DNA of 64,000 nt from Candidatus Bathyarchaeia archaeon (GTDB taxonomy: Archaea > Thermoproteota > Bathyarchaeia > Bathyarchaeales > Bathycorpusculaceae). How positions within the stretch are numbered: the first letter of the stretch is position 1; each line of letters starts with the position of its first letter. The translations under genes were made by a program, and so were the position numbers. A model generated the notes under the pieces. That model was not told the DNA's origin. It worked only from the letters and a program-made list of their open reading frames with translations, and ran no database searches. The stretch covers positions 1-64,000 of the forward strand of contig JAVZLS010000003.1 of NCBI GenBank assembly GCA_038883715.1, in the 5' to 3' direction. This document shows positions 1-9,662 of the stretch, piece after piece.

Positions 1-355
1 TTGAAGGGTCTCTTTTGGGCTTAGCAGAAACATCATCCTCAAAGGCTTTGTTTTCAGCAAGTTTTATTGGATTCTTAAGTTTTTGACCGGCAACTTTCGC
101 CATCCTGCAAGCCTCTGAGGCGGCACTGACCAAAGTTTTTGTGTCAAGTGAGCATGAAGATGCGAAACCCCACGCGCCGTTGACAAGCACTCTTATAGCG
201 GCACCATTCTCAATGCCCTCTTTCGCCGCTTCAACTTTCTCCTCTTTAATGGTAAGCATGGTCTTGAAAAGTTTCTGCGCGCGCACCTCCACATGCTCGG
301 CGCCAAACTTGTCGACAGCAGTATTAACAACCTCGACTAAAGTGTCTTTCAACAT
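1..355 (-). CDS. TldD/PmbA family protein, N-terminal part (runs off window start)
   Basis: Manual translation from ATG at 355: MLKDTLVEVVNTAVDKFGAEHVEVRAQK...GAAIRVLVNGAWGFASS, the typical TldD/PmbA N-terminal motif. Confidence 0.85.
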   Translation of the reverse strand, partial: MLKDTLVEVVNTAVDKFGAEHVEVRAQKLFKTMLTIKEEKVEAAKEGIENGAAIRVLVNGAWGFASSCSLDTKTLVSAASEACRMAKVAGQKLKNPIKLAENKAFEDDVSAKPKRDPS

Positions 356-440
356 CCCCCTTCCTAGTGTAGCCTTTAGAGGGATGTAATCACGAAAACG
401 GTGTTAATAAAAATTGCCCAGAATATTGAAAATAGAAATT

Positions 441-782
441 TTAAGCTTTCCGCATGAGAAGTTTCACTTGACTGGCAAAGTCGCTTTCTCGAAGCTTCCC
501 CAACTCGATTCTTCGGAGCAAACCATAACTTGAGTATATGTCCTCCAAAATCTTCCGCTCAATGACATAAGCCCCAGACTTCAAAAAATCTTCAAGCCCC
601 TTCGCAAACAAATCAATTTTATCTGCAATCTCATCCCGCCGAACAGAGTAATTGCTCTCCAAATAACGATAAATTAGGCGAGTAGCCTCGTCTCCAAAAA
701 CCTGCCTCATGACACGGTCAATTATTTTGCAGACTTTCTCATTTTCTCTACGCGTCTGCTGATTTGTTGTTGCGATGTTCAT
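441..782 (-). CDS. Small helical hypothetical protein (DUF3227/NitrOD5-like)
   Basis: 113 aa ORF; pattern IDRVMRQVFGDEATRLIYRYLE...FAKGLEDFLKSGAYVIERKILEDIY resembles archaeal DUF3227-like domains. Confidence 0.6.
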   Translation of the reverse strand: MNIATTNQQTRRENEKVCKIIDRVMRQVFGDEATRLIYRYLESNYSVRRDEIADKIDLFAKGLEDFLKSGAYVIERKILEDIYSSYGLLRRIELGKLRESDFASQVKLLMRKA

Positions 783-876
783 GGAAAATCAATGTATCGT
801 GTGTATTGCGACTTAATAAGCTTTGCCGTGTACACGTCCAACACACATACACAACAAAAACGTACAGAAGACACCA

Positions 877-2166
877 TTACATGAAATCGGTAAGATTCAA
901 CTGTTGAACTTTTTCCGAAACACTTTTCGCAACTGAAGCTTCATCCCCAAAAATTATCGGGCGACCATAGACCCCGTCGTATCCAGGCATAACCTTGATT
1001 CTGTCTTCCCTGACCCTAATTATGGCCTCGGCAATCCTCCTATCCACAACCGATTCTAAAGCTTCTCTCGGCGCGTCGATAAGCACGGAATATTCATCCC
1101 CGAACTTTTCCACCAACCTATTGTAGATGCTCCAAACCTGCTGTGTTGATGGAGAATCAACATTTAAAACCGTCGCAATAATCTCTGAAAGAGGCAGCAG
1201 ATGCAAATACCCTATGGCATTTTCAGGCTTAAAGCCGGCTGGGCGATCCGCGAGTTCCTCAACTCTTTGTTCAACGCCTTTAGTCAGTTTTTTGCGGCAG
1301 ACGGGGCAAATATTACTAAGTTTAATGGCTTCTTTTGGTGAAAGTGAGATGTTGCAGTTTCTGTGTCCAGTCCAATGATACTTTCCATAAGCGGGATCAG
1401 TTTCAACCGTGAATTTGAACCTCGCCTTGTCCTTGTTTTTTATGGCTTCTACAACTTCCCAGTAACTTGGGCTTTTCAACTCAAAAACATTGGCCTCTCT
1501 CCCCATGCGCCACGGCCAGAAGCTGTGGCTGTCGCTGTTCGAAACTAATGTGAACTTGTCGAGTTTGCTCAGGCGCCAGTTCATGGGCGGGTCTGATGAC
1601 AAGCCAGTTTCGAGAGCGTAAATATGTTTTGCCATGTCTTGGTAACACTCTTCAACACTGTTGAAGCCGCTAAAGGCTCCAAATATGCTGAACCAAGGCG
1701 TCCAAGCGTGGGCTGGAAAAACCATGTTATCCTTCGAAACTTCCATAACCTCCTCCACAAGTTGGGGAGCAGACATGTCAAGGGTTGGTCTCCCATCAAC
1801 CGACAAATCTCCATACTTGGCGAGACGCTCATTTACTTGGACAGCTGTTTCTATGCTTGGCGTAAGTATAACATGATGAATCTTTTTCACGTCATTTTCG
1901 AAGGTGAATATTGTGCTGACCTCTGTAGTTACCATAAAATAAACTGGAAAGTCAGGATTCTTGGCAACCTTGTATAATCCAGTTCCAGCCTCTTCTACTA
2001 ATGTTTCTTGTAGTTCCTTAAGCCATTTGGGATGAGTGAAGTCTCCGGTGCCGACGAGATTTAAGCCTTTAACTTTTGCGAAATGGGCAATTTCCTCGAT
2101 GCTCATTTTCTGGCTTGTGGCACGACTGTACCGCCCATGGATGTGAAGGTCGGCTATAACCCTCAT
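877..2166 (-). CDS. Endonuclease Q family protein (PHP domain + Zn finger)
   Basis: ADLHIHGRYS, GTGDFTHP, PAHAWTPW, SNSDSHS, GKYHWTGHRNC, CPVC motifs; C-terminal PIP-box-like QQLNLTDF. Confidence 0.9.
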   Translation of the reverse strand: MRVIADLHIHGRYSRATSQKMSIEEIAHFAKVKGLNLVGTGDFTHPKWLKELQETLVEEAGTGLYKVAKNPDFPVYFMVTTEVSTIFTFENDVKKIHHVILTPSIETAVQVNERLAKYGDLSVDGRPTLDMSAPQLVEEVMEVSKDNMVFPAHAWTPWFSIFGAFSGFNSVEECYQDMAKHIYALETGLSSDPPMNWRLSKLDKFTLVSNSDSHSFWPWRMGREANVFELKSPSYWEVVEAIKNKDKARFKFTVETDPAYGKYHWTGHRNCNISLSPKEAIKLSNICPVCRKKLTKGVEQRVEELADRPAGFKPENAIGYLHLLPLSEIIATVLNVDSPSTQQVWSIYNRLVEKFGDEYSVLIDAPREALESVVDRRIAEAIIRVREDRIKVMPGYDGVYGRPIIFGDEASVAKSVSEKVQQLNLTDFM

Positions 2167-2257
2167 TATTCTCGTTAAACCTCATAGTGTTTAATGCTTA
2201 AGTCATTTGCGGAAAATGGTTTATAGGTAGCCATCAAAACTTTGTACTGCGATAATC

Positions 2258-3379
2258 ATGAAAATGGGCTTTATTGTTAATCCGATTGCTGGCATGGGCG
2301 GGAGAGTTGGGCTTAAGGGAACTGATGGTGTTTTAGAGGAGGCTATTGCAAGAGGGGCTAAACCAGTATCTCCAAAAAGGGCCGTAGAGTTCCTCCAAGA
2401 ACTTAAGGAAAACACGCATGGAAACTTCATTAAAATAATAACGTGTCCCGGGGTTATGGGCGCGAAGGAAGCAAAAGAAGCTAGCGTTCATGTGGAAATT
2501 TTGCCCATGGAAATCGAAGCAAAGACAACGGCAGAAGATACAAAAAGAGCTGTGGAGCTTTTGGCAGACAAAAAAGTAGACTTGATAGTATTTGTTGGTG
2601 GAGATGGCACTGCAAAAGATATTTTGGACGCGATGAAAAAGAAAGGCGTTGAACTGCCAGTTTTAGGAATTCCTTCAGGCGTGAAAATGTATAGTGGCGT
2701 TTTTGCCGTTAACCCTTCGGACGCCGTTGAAGTTGTCTTAGCCTATGCTAGGGGTGAGGCGGAAACAACTGAGTTTGAGGTTATGGATGCTGATGAGGCT
2801 GCTATTAGAAGCGACACTTTCGCGGTTAGGCTTTATGGTTTTTTGAAAGGACCTTTCCTTCCCTTAAGGATTCAAGGAAGCAAACAGGTTAGCCCAGAAA
2901 CAGTTGACGAAAAAGAGAATCAGATGGCAATAGCCAAATCAATAGTTGAGGAAATGCAGCCCAACGCCACCTACATCCTTGGACCAGGAACAACCGTGAA
3001 ATGTGTAGCCAAACTGCTTAAAGTCCCAAAAACAGTGCTGGGTGTTGACATTTACAAAAATGGCAAAGTCATATTGGACGTAGATGAGAAGAAGATTTTA
3101 GAAAACGTGGAAGACTGGCAGAACACTTGGATAATTTTGTCGCCAATAGGGAGACAAGGCATCCTTTTAGGCAGAGGAAACCAGCAAATAAGCCCAGAAA
3201 TCATAAAACGAGTTGGGAAAAACAAGATAATCGTCGCGGCAACAAAGAGTAAGCTCCGCGACATAGAAGGCGGAATTTTAAGGGTTGACACCGGAGACGT
3301 TGAAACAGACAAAATGCTTAGAGGATATATCAAAGTGGTTGCGGACTATCGAGAATGGCGCCTCATGCCAGTGCAATGA
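2258..3379 (+). CDS. ATP-NAD kinase family protein (AcoX-like)
   Basis: NPIAGMGG, GGDGT, GIPSGVKMYSGVFA, GRGNQQISP motifs. Confidence 0.85.
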   Translation: MKMGFIVNPIAGMGGRVGLKGTDGVLEEAIARGAKPVSPKRAVEFLQELKENTHGNFIKIITCPGVMGAKEAKEASVHVEILPMEIEAKTTAEDTKRAVELLADKKVDLIVFVGGDGTAKDILDAMKKKGVELPVLGIPSGVKMYSGVFAVNPSDAVEVVLAYARGEAETTEFEVMDADEAAIRSDTFAVRLYGFLKGPFLPLRIQGSKQVSPETVDEKENQMAIAKSIVEEMQPNATYILGPGTTVKCVAKLLKVPKTVLGVDIYKNGKVILDVDEKKILENVEDWQNTWIILSPIGRQGILLGRGNQQISPEIIKRVGKNKIIVAATKSKLRDIEGGILRVDTGDVETDKMLRGYIKVVADYREWRLMPVQ

Positions 3380-4618
3380 CTAGGCACCGAACTTTTTAAC
3401 CCTGCCAACAAAATTCATCAAGATTGGCATCAAGTCTTTTCCTCTAACTCTTCCCAAACCGCCCTTTGCACATGCTCTCTCGCCAAATTCCTCAACGTCA
3501 TCACTACGCACGTAGGGACCCATTATGGCCACTGGAACAGGGTCGCCTTCATGATTACCCGTTACACATGATGTTGTGTGGTCAGCCGTCAAAGCCATAT
3601 AAGTTTCACCTAAATCAACCTTGTTAAGTATGTAGGAAAGCATTCGGTCAATTTTCTCGATAACCTCAACCTTCTGCCTAACATTTCCATCATGGCTGGC
3701 AACATCCGGAGCCTTCACATGCAACAAAACCAAATCATTTTCCTCTAACGCTTGAACAGCCGCCTTCGCCTTAGCAATGTAATCTGTCTGCGGCGTTCCA
3801 GTGGCATCCTCAACAGTTAATAGCCGCATACCAGCAGCCCTACATACACCACGAATCAGCGAAGTTGCAGCTACACATACAGCTTTAACACCATAGATCT
3901 CGCTAAGCGGTCTAATTTTCGGCAGAGTGCCAGCCCCCCTAAATAGAATGATGTTTGCCGGCGGCAGTCCATGTGCAACCCTTTCCTTATTTACTGGATG
4001 CTCTTTTAGAACCTCGTGGAATTTCTCCATAAGCTCATTGAGGATTTTGGCTGTATACTTTGCCTCAGAACTATCGTCTAATGGTTTAACTTCCAAAACT
4101 TTTTCTCCGGTAACACCAGGGTCGGAGTCACTAACGGCTCGCGAAAGTTTTGAACCGCGTAAAACAAGAACCGCACGATGCTGAACCGTATTAGCGAACA
4201 AGAATTTAGTTGAAGAGTCTGAAAGTTTGACTTTTTTGAGGCTTTCAGCAAGTTTAGAAGCGTCAGAGTTGGCTATTCTACCAGCTCTCCTATCTAAAAT
4301 CACAAAGTTCTCATCCACTGTTGCGAAGTTGCACCTAAAACAGACGTCTCCCTCCATGACGTCCATTCTGGACCCTAACGCTTCAAAGGCGCCCCTACCC
4401 GAATAAACTTCAAAAGCGTCATAACCCAAAAGTGCAAGCGTAGCAGTGTCGCTTCCCGGCGGAATTCCGGGTGCTATTGGGTCCATTATTCCACAGATAC
4501 CAACACTTGCCATGTGGTTCATTGAGGGTTTTCGGGCAGCCTCCAGTGGGGTTTTCCAGCTCAGCTCTTTTAATGGTCTGTCAGCCATTCCATCTCCAAT
4601 TATGAGGAGAACTTTCAA
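3380..4618 (-). CDS. apgM: 2,3-bisphosphoglycerate-independent phosphoglycerate mutase, archaeal type
   Basis: GDGMADRP, PGSDTA, YSGRG, HVKAPDVASHDG, TADHTT motifs. Confidence 0.92.
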   Translation of the reverse strand: MKVLLIIGDGMADRPLKELSWKTPLEAARKPSMNHMASVGICGIMDPIAPGIPPGSDTATLALLGYDAFEVYSGRGAFEALGSRMDVMEGDVCFRCNFATVDENFVILDRRAGRIANSDASKLAESLKKVKLSDSSTKFLFANTVQHRAVLVLRGSKLSRAVSDSDPGVTGEKVLEVKPLDDSSEAKYTAKILNELMEKFHEVLKEHPVNKERVAHGLPPANIILFRGAGTLPKIRPLSEIYGVKAVCVAATSLIRGVCRAAGMRLLTVEDATGTPQTDYIAKAKAAVQALEENDLVLLHVKAPDVASHDGNVRQKVEVIEKIDRMLSYILNKVDLGETYMALTADHTTSCVTGNHEGDPVPVAIMGPYVRSDDVEEFGERACAKGGLGRVRGKDLMPILMNFVGRVKKFGA

Positions 4619-4702
4619 CCTTACCAGCCTTCAATACACTTTTGGTCTTTAATGTTGTCCGTTGTTGGTTAAAACGCTTATCGCTAGTTTCTTCTTATCG
4701 AA

Positions 4703-4716
4703 AGAAACTTTAAATA
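4703..4716 (+). promoter_or_regulatory. Putative BRE/TATA promoter for the proS leader
   Basis: AGAAAC-TTTAAATA about 20 nt upstream of the structured leader beginning at 4736. Confidence 0.45.
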
Positions 4717-4864
4717 ATTTGATTGCATTTTTAGGATGCGAGTGGTTGGAAATGGGCGATTACGTTCCACTTTGCTAAACTTCTTCAGAAAACGCCTAGC
4801 ACAGAGACCAGCCCCGCATTAGAATTATATTCAACAAACAACCAAAAGCAAAGGAGAGGATGAA

Positions 4865-6307
4865 ATGTCAGATCTAGGAATAACTGTCAAAAAGTCTGAA
4901 GACTTTTCCGAATGGTACACCCAAGTCGTGCTGAAATCTGGTCTTGCAGACTACGCGCCAATAAAGGGATGCATGATCTTCAGAGAGCTCTCATACGCCA
5001 TATGGGAAAAAATCCAAGAAATCTTCAATGCAAAAATAAAAAAAACAGAACATAAAAACGTGTACTTCCCCCTCTTCATACCCGAAAGCTTCCTAAGGAA
5101 AGAGGCGGAACACTTTGCAGGTTTCGTGCCAGAAGTCGCATGGGTCACCATGGGCGGCGACACACCATTAGAAGAAAGACTCGCTATAAGACCAACATCT
5201 GAAACCATAATTTATGCAACATACGCCAAATGGATTAGAAGCTGGAGAGACTTACCGATTAAGCTGAATCAGTGGTGCAGCGTTGTAAGGTGGGAAACAA
5301 AAGCCACCAAACTTTTCCTCAGAACTAGGGAGTTCTTGTGGCAGGAGGGACACACAGCCCACGCGACAAAGGAAGAGGCAGATAAAGAAGTTATGGAGAT
5401 CCTCAACGAATACAAAGACCTGATGGAGAATTATTTAGCCATCCCCGTGCTTATTGGCAGGAAAACTGAAAGCGAGAAGTTTGCCGGAGCCCTTTACACA
5501 ACAACTTTGGAGGCAATAATGCCCGACGGCAGAGCACTGCAAATGGGCACATCGCATAATCTTGGGCAAAACTTCTCAAAAGTTTTCAACATTAAATTCA
5601 TAGGCGAAGACGAAAAGGAGCATTACGTTTGGCAAACTTCGTGGGGCATGTCAACACGAGTTATAGGCGCACTGGTAATGGTCCACGGAGACGACAAGGG
5701 ACTGGTCCTACCGCCAAAAATAGCTCCAATACAAGCTGTTATAATCCCTATACCATATAAAGATGCGGACACAAGCACAATACTGACAAAAGCAAGGGAA
5801 ATCCACGAAAAACTGCAAAAAGCGGGAATTTCCACAATCCTAGATGATAGGAAAGAGTACACTCCCGGATGGAAATTTAACGATTGGGAACTAAAAGGCG
5901 TGCCACTGCGAATCGAGATAGGACCAAGAGATGTGAAACAGGGACAAGTAACGATTGCCAGAAGAGACACCTTCGAAAAACAAGTCGTAAAGGAGGAAAA
6001 ACTTATTGAAACGGTGCAGCAACTTTTAGAGACTATTCAAAGCAACCTATTTAACAAAGCCAAAAAGTTCTTGGAAGAAATGATAACACCGGTAAAAAAT
6101 TACGAGGAATTCAAGCAGGTCTTAAAAGAGAAGGGTGGGTTCATAAAGGCTTGTTGGTGCGGCAGCCGAGAATGCGAGGAAAAAATAAAGGAGGAGACAA
6201 CTGCAACCATTAGGCTTATCCCGTTTGAAAGAGAAGAGCCATTCTCCAACTGCATCTATTGCAGCAAAGAGGCGAAAGAAGTCGTTTACTTTGCCAAATC
6301 ATACTAG
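4865..6307 (+). CDS. proS: Proline--tRNA ligase (archaeal/eukaryotic type)
   Basis: FSEWY, RPTSET, VVRWE, FLRTREFLWQEGHT, GTSHNLGQNF, C-terminal Zn-binding Cys. Confidence 0.97.
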   Translation: MSDLGITVKKSEDFSEWYTQVVLKSGLADYAPIKGCMIFRELSYAIWEKIQEIFNAKIKKTEHKNVYFPLFIPESFLRKEAEHFAGFVPEVAWVTMGGDTPLEERLAIRPTSETIIYATYAKWIRSWRDLPIKLNQWCSVVRWETKATKLFLRTREFLWQEGHTAHATKEEADKEVMEILNEYKDLMENYLAIPVLIGRKTESEKFAGALYTTTLEAIMPDGRALQMGTSHNLGQNFSKVFNIKFIGEDEKEHYVWQTSWGMSTRVIGALVMVHGDDKGLVLPPKIAPIQAVIIPIPYKDADTSTILTKAREIHEKLQKAGISTILDDRKEYTPGWKFNDWELKGVPLRIEIGPRDVKQGQVTIARRDTFEKQVVKEEKLIETVQQLLETIQSNLFNKAKKFLEEMITPVKNYEEFKQVLKEKGGFIKACWCGSRECEEKIKEETTATIRLIPFEREEPFSNCIYCSKEAKEVVYFAKSY

Positions 6308-6332
6308 CATCAAATCGACCGTTTGCCGTTTT

Positions 6333-8165
6333 TCACTCCCACAATTTAACACGCTTCTTAAGCTGTTTAGCAACATCCTTTAAACCAAGCTTCTCAAGGG
6401 TAGTTTTTGTTGGAATCCCCCTTTCATCCCATCCTCTTTTTCGATAGTACATATTGAGCATAACCTCATACCTCGCCCTGTCAAGCTTTGCGCCTTTCAA
6501 ATCTCCCTTTGTTAGCGGTTCCTCAAACCATCTAGCTGGCGGAAAGTCCATTTCCCGACTCCAGTTCCTGCCGTACTCCCGTATCCAAAACGCTCGAATC
6601 AAATTGTAAACTCTGTCAGCTATTAGGTTTAGCTCGTCCCAGCTAATCTCAAAGCCTGTTGCAGCGTGCAAAAACTTTGGGTACCATTCAAGCTCAAAGC
6701 CAAGCTCAACCCATGGAAACCTGCAAACAGTGGCACACTCGAAAAAGCCTCCTCGAATGCGTTGTAACTCGATAACTTTGTCAACTTTTTCTTCACTGTA
6801 TCGCTCTCTACCAACTTTAACTTCCCAAGATATTATCCACGCATCTTTATGATGAGCCCCGATGGGGCTGGTGGCATAAGAAAGAGCCATCGCCGGCGCA
6901 GCATGGCAGTCATAAGCTGAAATCTCTAATCCCTTAACATGCATAGCCCAGCGGCTTGAATTCCCTCCAATTTTTTCAGCTGCAAAACGTACACCTTCCG
7001 CAAGAGTTGCACCAATACCACGTTTATAGGCAATATCCTCAATCAAAGCCCTAGCAGCCTTATAATTTCCCCATGGAATTTTTTCGCTAATCAACCCATT
7101 TTCAGAAGCCTCCATAGCGAAGCCAATAGCATTGCCAAGCGAAATCGTATCCAAGCCGAATTCATCAGCCAACCTATTAAGAACTGCAACCTTTTTCAAA
7201 TCGCCGACGCTAATGTTGGAACCCAGCATGGCGACATTCTCATAGTCAAGTTCAGACTCTTTGCGGTCAGCGTCCTTAACAACGTTGCCGCATGTCATGT
7301 TACAGTTGGGACACCCTTTTTGGGAAGACTTAATCTTCTCCATTGAAAAGCCGCCTATAGCCTCTGCATCCTCAAAAACCCCCTCACTAAAATTGTATGT
7401 GGGTAGTACGCTGTTTTCCTGGCTCCACTCAATCACCATCATAGTACCTTGACGTTTCCAGAAGGCATAATTCGGCTTTGTCAAAACCTCCCTATACGCT
7501 TCTGCACCGAGCTCCTTCAAATCCTTAGGATAAGCAGCTTGTAACTCACCACTGCCAACTATAACAACAGCTTTAAGGTTCTTAGAACCCATAACAGCAC
7601 CCATCCCGGATCTCCCACCGGCCCGCCCCCTTTGAGAGACAATGTTAGCAAACCGCACAAGGTTTTCGCCGCCTTGCCCGATTACAAGGATCCCAGCGGT
7701 CGTTCCATAAGTGCCTCGCAATCTATCTTCGGTTTCGAAAGCATTTAGACCCCAAAGTTCCTCTGCATCCAAAAATTCTACTATATTGTCTTCAATGAGT
7801 AGAACGGTTGGTCCTTCAGCCTTCCCTTCAATGATTACTGCATCATAACCTGCTTTGCGCAGTTGAACAGCGGCGTAAGTTCCAATATTTCCATCGCCAT
7901 AGCCGCCTGTTAATGGACTTTTAGCTGCAACAACCATTTTTCCACTGCTCGGTAAAGCAAAACCAGTTAAAGGTCCCGCTGCAAATATCAGCCTATTCTC
8001 CGGCGAAAAAGGATCTACACCGGGTTTTAATTCATCCCACAAAATTTTGGCGGCAAACCCTCTGCCTCCAAGAAAATTCCTTGCAAACACAGAATCATAC
8101 TCTTTAATAACAGCCTTCTGTTTAGTTAAGTTAATCCTTAAGAATTTACCATTCCAACCATACAT
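6333..8165 (-). CDS. Tungsten-dependent aldehyde:ferredoxin oxidoreductase family protein
   Basis: MYGWNGKFLRINL, GGRG, KSPLTGG, GMGAVMGSKNLKAV, CxxCxxxC, DEFGLDTIS, YYRKRGWDERGIP. Confidence 0.93.
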   Translation of the reverse strand: MYGWNGKFLRINLTKQKAVIKEYDSVFARNFLGGRGFAAKILWDELKPGVDPFSPENRLIFAAGPLTGFALPSSGKMVVAAKSPLTGGYGDGNIGTYAAVQLRKAGYDAVIIEGKAEGPTVLLIEDNIVEFLDAEELWGLNAFETEDRLRGTYGTTAGILVIGQGGENLVRFANIVSQRGRAGGRSGMGAVMGSKNLKAVVIVGSGELQAAYPKDLKELGAEAYREVLTKPNYAFWKRQGTMMVIEWSQENSVLPTYNFSEGVFEDAEAIGGFSMEKIKSSQKGCPNCNMTCGNVVKDADRKESELDYENVAMLGSNISVGDLKKVAVLNRLADEFGLDTISLGNAIGFAMEASENGLISEKIPWGNYKAARALIEDIAYKRGIGATLAEGVRFAAEKIGGNSSRWAMHVKGLEISAYDCHAAPAMALSYATSPIGAHHKDAWIISWEVKVGRERYSEEKVDKVIELQRIRGGFFECATVCRFPWVELGFELEWYPKFLHAATGFEISWDELNLIADRVYNLIRAFWIREYGRNWSREMDFPPARWFEEPLTKGDLKGAKLDRARYEVMLNMYYRKRGWDERGIPTKTTLEKLGLKDVAKQLKKRVKLWE

Positions 8166-8238
8166 AACGCATCATCTTTAATACAGACAGCATACGGTAT
8201 CACATCTCACTGTTAATAAAATTCACTGTTCAAAACCA

Positions 8239-9525
8239 CTAAATTTGCAGCCTTTCAGGCTCAACACGTCTTTCCTTTATGCTTAAATCACTGACTTTAA
8301 ATTTTCTATCACCAAAAAGAAGCGCATACTCCTCGCCATTATAAAGGGCTGCAGCTATCCTACCAATAGCATCCGCCTTCATAATACCACTTCCACTGGC
8401 ACCGCCAACGACAATTAAATCCCTCTCCTCAAAAATCACCGGATGCCCATCCAAAGTGTTAATCTCATAAAGCCCAGCAAAAGCAGAATATGGACGGCAA
8501 TCCCTAAACTGAGGAAAGTACTTTACAAGAACCTGATATATCCCATACTGATAGAAGTTCTTCTCAGGCTGAGGATCCTCCTCAAGCTTAAAGGCCCTTG
8601 GAAAATCATCAGCATAACTAAGCCAAAAAACACCTTCTGTTGGAAACGGCCTTATTAAAACTCTCGGTTTTGGCAGAATAGTGAAGGGCAAACAACCGAC
8701 AGAATTAAAACTTTCTGCGAAAAGCAAACGCCTCAAAAGGGGATTTTTGGCTTCCACAGCAAAAACTTGCCTCTTTTTAGGCTTTATAAAACACTCAATC
8801 CCTACACCGTCTAAAATTTGAGGAATCCAAGCACCAGCTGCCAAAATAGTTTTCTTTGCCTTAATTATCCCGGAATCCGTTTTTACGCCCGAAACTCTCG
8901 ACTCCTGCCAGAAGAAAGGTTCTCCAGCTATTCCGATGGGTTTACATGCTTCAACAGTTAAATCTTGGACTTTAACGCCGTAATGAATCTCCCCGCCAAG
9001 TCGCAAAAATTCTTCCTCATAAAACTTGACGACGCAATCAGCGTCAACAATTCCGGCTTTTGGAATAAAAATTCCCTTATAAACGTCTTTTAATCCCATA
9101 AGCTCAGCCTCCTCATCCCCGCGCAAACGTATGTTCAAGCCAAGCGGCTTAGCGAGTTCTTCAGCTTCATACTCTCTATATTTTAGGCCTTTGGCTGCTA
9201 ACTCTTTCAAAATTGGAGACATCTCTGCAAAATCATCCTCTCCTAAAAGCCACAAATATCCCACAAAAAACAATTTTAAGTCGACGCCAAGTTCCGTTTG
9301 CACATAATTATAGAAGTCAACAGAAGAGTCGGAAAGAACATAATTTATTGGAGAAGAGAATAAACATCGGAAGGCGGACATGCTTTTTGCAGTGCTTCCC
9401 TGCCCCGCCGCGCTAAACTTGTCAACAACTAATATTTTCAAATTTGGATTTTGCCTCTTAATGTGATAGGCTGTTGATAAGCCGATAACGCCGGCTCCAA
9501 CTATAACCGCGTCATATTCGGTCAC
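8239..9525 (-). CDS. FAD-dependent oxidoreductase (DAO / sarcosine oxidase beta / proline dehydrogenase family)
   Basis: IVGAGVIG FAD-binding motif, AAGAW, GASGSGIMKADAIG. Confidence 0.85.
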   Translation of the reverse strand: MTEYDAVIVGAGVIGLSTAYHIKRQNPNLKILVVDKFSAAGQGSTAKSMSAFRCLFSSPINYVLSDSSVDFYNYVQTELGVDLKLFFVGYLWLLGEDDFAEMSPILKELAAKGLKYREYEAEELAKPLGLNIRLRGDEEAELMGLKDVYKGIFIPKAGIVDADCVVKFYEEEFLRLGGEIHYGVKVQDLTVEACKPIGIAGEPFFWQESRVSGVKTDSGIIKAKKTILAAGAWIPQILDGVGIECFIKPKKRQVFAVEAKNPLLRRLLFAESFNSVGCLPFTILPKPRVLIRPFPTEGVFWLSYADDFPRAFKLEEDPQPEKNFYQYGIYQVLVKYFPQFRDCRPYSAFAGLYEINTLDGHPVIFEERDLIVVGGASGSGIMKADAIGRIAAALYNGEEYALLFGDRKFKVSDLSIKERRVEPERLQI

Positions 9526-9662
9526 GAGACTCCCTCTTGGACATGCAGATTTTTAAGAACGATCAAAACATGTATTATAAATTTGCCTTTAGAAATTGCC
9601 TAAAAGGAATGTTTATCTATTTCAAAGGAATATGAGTCTAGAAACGCTAGGACGGGAAGGTT

